64,000 nucleotides of DNA from Chrysomallon squamiferum (taxonomy: Eukaryota > Animalia > Mollusca). This document shows positions 53,692-64,000 of the stretch, in pieces. The number at the start of each line of letters is the position of its first letter. The first letter of the stretch is position 1. The translations under genes were made by a program, and so were the position numbers. The stretch spans positions 20,956,001 to 21,020,000 of the forward strand of contig CM022671.1 in the NCBI GenBank assembly GCA_012295275.1, given 5' to 3'. A model generated the notes under the pieces. That model ran no database searches and was not told where the DNA came from. It saw only the letters and a program-made list of their open reading frames with translations.

Positions 53692-55284
53692 TATGGAGAA
53701 TTTGTTTTCTTAATTAATAAACATGTTTTCATCTAGTCTAACAGTCCTCATTTAGCATTTATTAACTGATAACACACTCCTGATTTTTATTGTTTTCTGG
53801 TGTGTTATTTATTTTAATTGTGTGTCAAGGTTATTCAGGTACTACCTTATGATATATATAAATATATTTGTTGGTGTTTTTTTTTTTTTTTAATTATTAT
53901 GAATGGTTTTTTTTAAATCTTTTTTTTTTTTTTTTTTTTTTTTTTTTCTATTTTTTTTGTAGGGGGGCTTGATTTTTCAGTGTACTTTTGGAGGATAATC
54001 ATTTCATCAGTATTACTATGTCATTTTGTTGAACGTTTTGCTGACAATTATACTTTCTGGTCGAGTTGAATAATAATCATAGCATTCAATAAATTGTATT
54101 GAGTTTATACCGAGTTTGTTTTCCGTAAATGTATATGTGCACATCATACACACAGACATACACACATACAGACACTGCTTCTTGTACAGAAAATGGAAGG
54201 ATTTTTTCCCGTCAATATTTTATATAGTTACTATGTTAGTAACTAGTCTTATTATTTAACTTCTTTACTATCAAGATGGATATCAACATATGGTTGAAGT
54301 AGATAGTACAAATGCAGAATACAAGGTACAGGAGAAAAATGTACATTAAGTATCACAAGAACATTAAACATTTAAAGATTTGCTAGAATAATAGTTATAA
54401 TTACGTAACAGAGTCAGTTTTACAGGATTCTGCAACATGTACGTAATAATATAGAAGAATACATAAATGTGTGTGTAGACCGCATACAAAATAGCAATAT
54501 GTTAAAAATATAAACAAAATTGTTTAATTTACTTTATTAATATACTTAATAAAACATTAAATATTTATTTTTAAAAACAATGAATTTTGGTGCATAAAGA
54601 ATTATAATAAATTTTACAAAAAGTGCAAAAATTATCATTTGAATGTGCATATATAATGAATCACAAATGAAATATTTAAAAATATATATTGTGTGGATAA
54701 CTTCCACTCTAAATAAAAATGTAAAACTGACCACTATAATTAAGCCTAATAACTCAAATCTACACATTCATGTAAAATCTTTACTAGTAACAATCAAAGA
54801 GAAACATTTCCACATTTGATCTGTCATAAAATTTATATTAAAGATGTGAAACAATATATAAATATAAAGGATAATCTAATTTCTACTATTTATACATATA
54901 TCAATAAAACTTTTTATTTTAAATAAGATCAATTCTAAAAAAATAATAATAAATATATCAAAAGCTGTATATCAAATATTCAACCAGATATTTGATATTG
55001 TGTGTGTGTATGCATGTGTATTTGTCTGTGTGTATAATCTGTAAACAAATTAATTAAATTTTGACATATTATTTTGGTACAACAGTAATAGTGTAAAATA
55101 TCACTCAATATTAATATAAATATTTAACTGTTTTTTTTTTTTTTTTTTGTTTTTTTATTTAGAGAACATGATCAAATAACTATATATTGCCACAAATTTA
55201 ATTTAAGGAAAGGTAGAAGAAACATAATCTAATTTTCAAGAGATCTTCCAACCAGTTAGTTCACTAAAAATAAAGTCAAGTTGT

Positions 55285-55563
55285 TTAGTCTGGTGGTGTT
55301 TGTCTGGTAGTAAAGATGGGGTTGTCGAAGTTTACGTTGTCAGACAGTGCAAATGGAACTGGTAGTGGCTCATCGTCATCGTCATCCTGACTGTTACTCA
55401 GTCGGGAAAACAGCAGGCTGCCATCAGAGTCCTGAAATTTAGAAACCACAGTTAATATTTATATCAGAAAGAATGGAAGAAAAACAGAGACTGACAGCAA
55501 AATAGAGAGAGAGAGCAAGAGAGAGACAGACAGACAGACAGAGAGAGACAGACAGACAGACAC

Positions 55564-55596
<33 letters not shown>

Positions 55597-55627
55597 CAGA
55601 GAGACAGACAGAGAGAGAGACAGAAAC

Positions 55628-55686
<59 letters not shown>

Positions 55687-58600
55687 GCCCACTGATTACT
55701 TCCAGCCTAAAGAAAAACATGCTTTAAGTCAAGTTTTATTATTTTAACTGTTAACTGATACCTTTCTAAATCTGTTTAAAATATCCAAAAATCCAGTTTT
55801 TTCAGATCGATGGTAAACAATCACTGCTACAACAATGACAAGGATGACAAGGAACACCAAAACACCAATGATAGGACCAATAATAGCAGACAACTGAAAA
55901 ATTAAATTATGTAAACTTTATTATTATGTGGTATAAATTAAATGATATAAAAATTTATTATAATGAAAGAGTAATATCATGGAAATGGAATAAAATTAAA
56001 ACAAAGATTAAATTGTATAAAACTTTATTATAATGAAATAATAGCATACTGAACACCAAATAAAAATAAAATAAAATTATATATTACTGTATTATAGTGA
56101 AACAACAGTATAATGGATAAAACTAAAACAAAACAAATTATACAAAGTTTAATTATAAACTTTCATTAATGTCAATAAATATTTCAGGTCTTATACTGAA
56201 ATCATAAAGAAAAAAAAGATTAATTAAACTTAATTATTTTTGAGTGGAAAATTAAATTAATAGAAAGAAGTGATTGTATTTGGATTAAAAATTTTTAAAT
56301 TAAAATGTCTTTTCATCTTTTAAAATATTGATAATTGAGTGTCTGTATGTTTTTGTGGGGGGGTGGAGATATGTGCACCATCACAGAAAATGTGATCAGA
56401 ATAACAGATATATTAAAAAATAATACCTTTGATTTGGAAGAACTAGCCTCCTTTGGTTTCTGAAGAAAAATTAAAAGATTATAACATGAAAATCTGTTAA
56501 AATTAAAACTTGAAATAAAAATTAAAAATAAATATTTTATGATTAATTTGTAATTTTAAAAAACAATATTTTTTCAGAATTTAAAATAGTTAAAGTAGTA
56601 AATTAGTATTTTCCTTAACAACATATTTTATGTTTTATTTTATACATTCTTCTTATTCTGTATTACAGGAATTAAAACCTGAATAAATGTATAAAATACA
56701 AAACTTTAAAAATTTCAGACATTATTCTTATTTTATTTTATTTGTTCCATTTATTTATCATTTACTTACTTACTTATTTAGTAACTTACTTGCTTACTTA
56801 TTTAATTTGTATTTATTTATTTATTTATTTTTTTCTTGTTTTTTTAATTTAATTAGGTTTTTTTATTGTTGGTTGTTTATTTATTTATTCATTTACTGTT
56901 ATTGTTATTTTATTTTTATTTACTTGCTTACTAAATTACTTATTTTTATTATTTTTATTTTTTTAAATTTATTTATTTTTATTATAATTATTTGTTTTTT
57001 AGTTTATATATTTATTTATTTTTTATTTTTTTTAGTTTAATTATTTATTTATCAAAATTTTTATTTTTTTATTTGCTTTTTGAGTATTATTATTTATTTA
57101 ATTAGTTATTGTAATTTTTAAAAATATAGTTTTCTTCACAGCTAGAAGGTTCTGTTTTTATTTTACTAACCTGCCAAAACCATAGAGGAGATTCTATGAA
57201 ATGGATGTAGCCATTGAGAGCTGGAATATTCAGATCTACAACTTTTATATCATTCACCCAGAACTGTAATATAAAAAATATTTTATTTATATTTTAAAAA
57301 TAACTATTATGGTATGAAACTGTATAAAAAAAAAAAAAAATATATATATAATAATGGTAAGAATAAAAAAAAAAAAAAAAAAAATTCTAACTATAAAACA
57401 TTTTTTTAATTGACATAGGTAAATATATTAATGCAAAATAAAACTTTCCTAATTACACAGAGTTAGAAATAAAAATCTATCTGAAATTGTTCTTTGTTAA
57501 AATAATAGACACACAACAAAGAAACAGATAAAGACTGGAAAAGAGAGATGCGAGAAAAAAAGACCACTGAAAATATAGTGGAACATTAACAAATAATGGA
57601 TTTGTTTTTATTAATAAACAAAATTTGAACAAAATTTGTTGTTTTTTTTTACACGCACACAAACACACAAACACACACACACACATAATAAATAAATAAG
57701 ATATTATTAAAAAAAAAAAAAAAAAAAATTTTATTTATTATTTATATATATATAACTTATATTACCTGATCGTTTGAAATGTTTATGGTAAGTGATTTCC
57801 CAGCATCAGAAACAAAAGAAATGTTTACATCCAGACTGGAGTTGATGTATATTTTTGTGTAATTCACAATGTGTGTCTTCATATCAAAACTGGTCATTTG
57901 CTGTTGTCACAAACATATAAATGTATTAGACTGTTTTTTATATAGAAATCAGAAATAAAAACACAGATTTTAGTTAAAATACGTGTAAACAATAACATAT
58001 AAAAATTATATTATCTAAATTTAAGATTTGATAAAATTCTATAATACAAGGCTTCATTTACTTCATTAAAACAAAATACTTTCTTTTTTTTGTTGTTCAG
58101 TTCTGTATTGGATATTTATTAAAAACAAATAAATGGTACATTTTAAAATTATGATTCTATTTGACTTTAATTTGTATCAGATGTAACACTGTGATTTAAC
58201 AAAATTAATATAAAAAGTATTATTTGACTTTCAACTATTTTTCTGAAGCAATATTCCAAAGTTAAAACACATTATTATAAAAATTATTAAATCAAATATT
58301 TCTGATTTTCATCTGTTTACCTGGATCGATATTATTACAAAATATATTATATAAAAAAATACTTGATTTCATCTATTTACCTTTATCAACATTTCCAATA
58401 TAAAATTTGTCTTAAATACACTTCAGATTACCTTTGCTGTTGTATCTTTCAAATTAACAGGTACAAACATTGTGATGTTTTCTTCTGGGTTTCCTAACAT
58501 TTTCTTTAAAATGTCATCATCATCCAGAGATAAAATCTTCTAAAAGCAAATAACATTACAATTTTTATATTTCAACAATCAAAAAAACAATATAATTGAG

Positions 58601-59469
58601 CTGGTATATATGTACATACACATAAGTAAATGTAAAATAAATAAAAGTAATTGTAAAATATATATAATAAATATAAAATATAATAAGCACATGTAAAATG
58701 CATACAAGTAATTATAAAATATATAGATAATAAATGTAAAATGTAAAAAGTAAATGTAAAATATATATAATAAATACAAAATATAATAAGTAAATGCAAA
58801 ATATATATATAAGTAAATGTAATAAATGTAAAATACATAAAACAATTGTAAAATATATATAACAAATATAAACTATAACAACTAAAAGTGGTATTTTGAA
58901 AGGCCAAATATGACAATGACAATAACTATAGCAATAAGAAGAACAAAATTTGAAATAAAATAAAATAAAATAAAATAAAAAGACATTTTAATAATTCCAA
59001 ATTATGGAAAATATTTTATTTATAACCTCGACCACAATTATCATTCTATTATAATTTAATCATTGGCTTTTGATTAATTAATTACATGTCTCTTGAGATT
59101 AAAGCTTACATTTGATCATACAAACATATAACTGTGAAGGGATAAAATGCCATTTTCAAAATAAATTAAAAATGTTCCTGAACCATACATATTATACTAC
59201 TTCACAATTTAAAGATAAAGGTGATCTTTGGGAAAGTGGTTTTCTTGTTTTAAAATATTAGTATTTTCTTTAATGTAAGAAATAAAAGATAACTCTGTAT
59301 AAAAATTGCCTTGTAAAATTCTGAAGCTCCTGTCAAGTGAGACAAAGCATCCAAGACATCTTTGTTACAAATGCTTCCATTACCAACAAAGCCTTTCATG
59401 CACTGGCATTGCACTGTTCCCTCAGACACATCAGAAGCTAAACAGAAATTTAAAAAAAAATATTAACAT

Positions 59470-59503
<34 letters not shown>

Positions 59504-60027
59504 CAAAGACATATTGTTGGTTAACTATGAATACATTATAAACTTTTTGGCCATTTTAAGGGGTGTTTTTTTTCAGGAGAAGTGGAAATGTGTTATCTTT
59601 CAGATGATAAAAGTTTCTGTAATGTTAACCTTTTTAAAAATGGCTATGTTTTTTATGTTATATAGAATGAAATATTTAAAACATCTTAGCATGAAAACAG
59701 TGTTAACAGAAGAAGCTAAAATATCATTTATATTAAAAAAAAGAAAAGAAATAAAGAAGCTACATTAATTCATTTTGTAATATAAAATACAAACCATTTG
59801 GAGGAGTGAAAGAACAGGAAGCAAAGGGAGAACAAATATCTTTCTTGGTTACACAGAGATCAACTACTGGCTGGCAGAATGTCCCATTACCATGGAAACC
59901 AGGCAGACATTTACAGTATACTGATTGTGACTGAAATAAATAAATAAATGAAAAAATGTATTATAATATTAAAAAAATAAGAATATATATTTATAAGAAA
60001 TAAATGACAAAAACAACTAAAAATAAA

Positions 60028-60070
<43 letters not shown>

Positions 60071-60305
60071 TGTATTATTATTATGATTATTATTATGATT
60101 ATTATTATTATTATTATTAGTTATTTTTATTATTACTATTATTATTATTGTTGTTGTTATTATTATTACAATTATTATTGTTACTATTAAAAATTAAATT
60201 AAAACATGATTATTATTATTATTATTATTATTTAATATTATTATCCAACAATGTTTCCTGTTTGTTAATGAAATATACTGATTTTGTGTTATTATTTTAT
60301 TTTAG

Positions 60306-60351
<46 letters not shown>

Positions 60352-61712
60352 TTTCTTTTACATTTATTACCTTTTACATCTGTAAACATGAACATGTATT
60401 ATGTTCACTGTTTTAATTATTTCTATTTTTTAATTTACTTTTACTTACATTATCAACATTATTTGATGACATATAGACATATAAAACAAACAAAATGAGT
60501 AATTACATTTTTTTAAAAACAAATCAAAAACCAACCAGAAACAGACATGAGGCATCAGCATGGCAGCCACCATTATGACTGTCACAGGGAGAATAGCAGA
60601 CATGTCCGTCACCTAGGTAACCAGAATAACACCTGCACGTAATCTCATCCTCCACCATTTCACAGGTTGCACGATCGCTACAATTTCCATTATTAAAGTC
60701 GCAGGTATTTTTGCCTGTAATTTGAATAAAATAAAGTCATGATGAGGTTTATTACATTTTTTGACATTTGTAAGTTTTATGTCAGTGGCTTTTAATATAA
60801 CAAATAATTTTATTTAACTCCACCATTTCACAAGTTGCACGATTGCTACAATTTGTGTTATTAAAGTCACAGGTATTTTTACCTGAATAAAATAAAGTTT
60901 TGATGTGGTTTATTACATTTTTCAACATTTGTAAGTTTTTTGTCAGTGGCTTTTAATATAACAAATAACTTCATTTAACTTCACCTGTTTCCTAAAGATA
61001 TTTTCTAAAACATATAATACCATTTATATAAGGAGAATTACAATAATGTAGTCAGTTTATTAAAATGAATGGACTTTTCTTTGTTCAAAAAATCTAATTA
61101 TATAATTTATCATACACATTATTTGTGCTTATAATAAGTATCTATTACTTATAAAATAAAAGTTTTATTGACCAGTCTTTGTTAATGATAAAATATAATT
61201 TTACTGATGAATCTTTGTTAATAATAAATCTAATTTTACTTACCAATCTTTGCTAACAATAAATATAATTTTAACTGACCAATAAATTATAATTTTTTTG
61301 ACCATTTGTTTTCAAACCTTTGCCATTAAAAAAATATATATATATTTATTTATATTCATCAATTCTGTTAATAATAAAATACAGTTTTCAATGTTCAGAC
61401 TTTGTTAATAATAAAATATGGGATTTAATTTGACCAGTCTTTGTTAATGAAAATATATTTTATTAATTTAAAATATAAACTTTACTGACCAATGTTTGCT
61501 AATAATAAAATAAAACATATATTATTCTTTTAACCTTTGTTAATACTACTTACTGACATTACAGAAAGGCCCTGCCAAGCCTTTTGTACACAAATTACAC
61601 TTCAGACCCCAAAAGTTTTCCTCACAAATACACAGTCCATTCCCACCATACCCATCATTGCATCTTCCGTGACCACTGCATGGCACTTCAGGACCTCCAG
61701 GACATTCTGAAA

Positions 61713-61746
<34 letters not shown>

Positions 61747-63676
61747 TATGAATATAAAATAAAAAATTATACCATTCAAAATAAAATAAAATAAAAATTT
61801 AAAATATATAATTTTTTTAAATTATAGTGTTGAAAAAAAATAAAAAAAATAAAAATTATATATTTTAAAATTAATGAAAATAATAAAATTCAATACATTT
61901 AGCAATAATTTTTAATTATCTGCAATTGTAGAGATTTAATTAGAATTTTTTTATAGCAACATATGTTACAAGTATTTAATTAGAATTTTTAATATTTGAA
62001 ATTCAAATTATTTAATAATAATTATTAATTATCTGCAACATATTACATCAATTAGACCTTTCTCTTTTCCCACCCTGAATCTAGGACAAAAGCAACTTTT
62101 ATAAATGAAAATATGGAAAAAACAATCTTAATTCTTATAAAAGGAATCTGTGTTGAAATGGCCTCTGTTGAGACAGCATGAGTTCCAGAATGTTATTAGA
62201 AAATATATTAGGTGGAAATAAGTGCATAACATGAACCTTTTCATCTGAAATTTTACCTTTCAGTATAGTCCCAGCTCTGTATTAGTCTAGTAAATCAAAT
62301 CAGACTAAATAAAATTGAAATTCATGGTTTGAGTGTGTGTGAATGTGGATGTATTTCAGACAATATACAGGTTTTATTTTTTAACTTATTATCACCACTT
62401 ACCTTTACACTCAGGTCCAAAATGACCAGCACAGCAGTCTCCCAGCTGTTAAAATAATAACCAATACTAAACCAGTATAATTAACAAGGTAATAAAACAA
62501 AAAACAAGTGCATTTAATAACATGTCAGTAATAATTAACACAAAACTAGTCCATTTAGAAAAATATCAATAATAATTAATATGAAACTAGTCCATTTAAT
62601 AATAAATAATAAATAATACTAAACTAGTGCAATTAATAACACTGAAATATTAAATCAGTATAAATTGAAGTATTAAATAAGTCAATTGAATCAGCATAAA
62701 TTGTAAATTATTCTTCTGTATTTAACATACATTTTAATATTAAACTGGTCTACAAAATTGTTACTTAATGTAATGTTAAATTAATCTGAGAACTATGTAT
62801 TGGGAAATTAATCCACAGAAATTTGTTTTTAATATTAATGGTTAGTGTCTGTTCGTTTATTATTTGTTTATCTAATTATTTATATTTTCTCTTTGCATTT
62901 TTATATTACAGAACAGAGAGACAGATATGAAAGGTGCTTACTTCGTTAATTTTCTCACAATATACAGCACAGCCTGCTATAGGAATAATATTTCCATCCT
63001 GTAAGCGAAGGTTATACTGACATCTGTAGCGTATTATGACTTGTGGCAAAATTCTTTTGAAACCAGCAGGACACTTGTATTGATCAGGCTGATTATTGCA
63101 GCTACTGCACAGTCCCTGTAATGGTTTTAAAAAAAATTCATAACAATATAAATAATAAATAAATTAACAATGAAATAGATCTTTAAAGAAAAATAATATA
63201 AACGTCAGTATAGAATAAAATTAGTAAATGATAAATAATTGAAAAAAAATAATTTAAAAAAAATTAATATGTAATATAAAAAAAAAAAAAAATAATAATA
63301 CTAATAATAAGGATTGTATATGCCCATTATAAATCTTAATGCGTAATGGATTCACTGGGGGGATTTTTGTGGTTCTCATTAATAAATACGAATTTATGAC
63401 TGTTAGTCTTTCAGAATAAATAAAATTAATTTTCATGAACAAATAAAAATTGTTTCTCACAACAAATAAAAATTATTTTTCATGAAGAAATAAAAATTAT
63501 TTCCCAGAGCAAATTAAAATCATGAAAGTGATGACAGCTACACTTACTAATGTTGTCTTTGTGGTAGTTTTGACACACTTGTTGAGAACTGGATGGAGTA
63601 GAGTGCTGATGCCATGGATGATGCCTCCATCAGTGAGGTGGTCTGGGTCAGCAATCAGAATGCTGTTGACGTACAC
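55285..63676 (-). CDS. Stabilin-like (FAS1/EGF) single-pass scavenger receptor, 3' portion (last 13 coding exons, 529 aa); 5' part lies beyond the window end
   Basis: Exons in transcript order: 63548-63676, 62942-63115, 62403-62445, 61554-61706, 60536-60714, 59795-59930, 59310-59437 (GC donor), 58432-58539, 57766-57900, 57171-57263, 56427-56459, 55762-55893, 55285-55431. FAS1 end GGIIHGISTLL; Cys-rich linker ending CCAGHFGPEC; CPGGPEVPCSGHGRCNDGYGGNGLC; three EGF repeats (CYSGYLGDG, CLPGFHGNG, CMKGFVGNG); terminal FAS1 (ITMFVPVN...ALNGYIHFIESPL); TM IIGPIIGVLVFLVILVIVVAVIVY; tail with acidic cluster and FDNPIF. Confidence 0.88.
55485..55687. repeat. (GA)n/(GACA)n compound microsatellite
   Basis: Direct reading; lies in the last intron of the stabilin-like gene. 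Confidence 0.95.
60028..60350. repeat. (ATT)n array followed by (TG)n
   Basis: Direct reading. Confidence 0.9.
60650..60985. repeat. Tandem duplication (~165 bp) spanning an exon/intron acceptor boundary
   Basis: ctccaccatttcaca.gttgcacgat.gctacaattt...gtcagtggcttttaatataacaaataa occurs at 60650 and again at 60818. Confidence 0.92.
61160..61553. repeat. Degenerate ~35-bp minisatellite
   Basis: Repeated tttactgaccagtctttgttaataataaaatataat-like units abutting the donor of exon 61554-61706. Confidence 0.75.
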
Positions 63677-64000
63677 CTGGTAGGTGACAAAACAATAAAC
63701 AGTTAGTAATTTTAAAATAAATAATACAAAAATTAAAATGTCACTGACTGAAATATAAAGGAAAGAATATTCAAGAACATGCTTATTTAATTTTTTTTTT
63801 TATAATTATATTCAGAAATGTTATATATCTATATCTATATACATATATATATATGTGGGGGAGTTTCTTCTCAAAATACACACACACACAAACACACACA
63901 TATATATATATATATACTTAGAAAAAAACTGAAAAATAAATAAATGAATATTAGTGATGCAGCATCATATTTGATAATTAATAATAAATGTCAAATGAAT

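Overview
Very AT-rich, microsatellite-dense animal genomic DNA, probably an invertebrate and possibly a gastropod mollusc (judged from gene content and remembered repeat resemblance only). I assembled three spliced protein-coding genes by hand from phase-consistent exons. (1) Minus strand 31266-14765: 25 coding exons, 832 aa, a type II membrane protein with two tandem FAM3/ILEI (PANDER) domains and a POMGNT1/GT13-like domain whose catalytic motifs appear substituted. (2) Plus strand 34957-50049: DSTYK kinase, 13 exons, 951 aa, head-to-head with gene 1. (3) Minus strand, from beyond 64000 down to 55285: the 3' part of a stabilin-like FAS1/EGF receptor with no Link domain and a probable GC-AG intron. 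Other elements are a decayed Tc1/mariner transposase, a Tigger4/MER46-like MITE, SINE-like remnants, and degenerate tandem repeats seeded at splice boundaries. The first 11 kb has no recognisable protein gene but has promoter-like motifs and a candidate spliced small-ORF or non-coding transcript. Most ORF-track entries are microsatellite artefacts.
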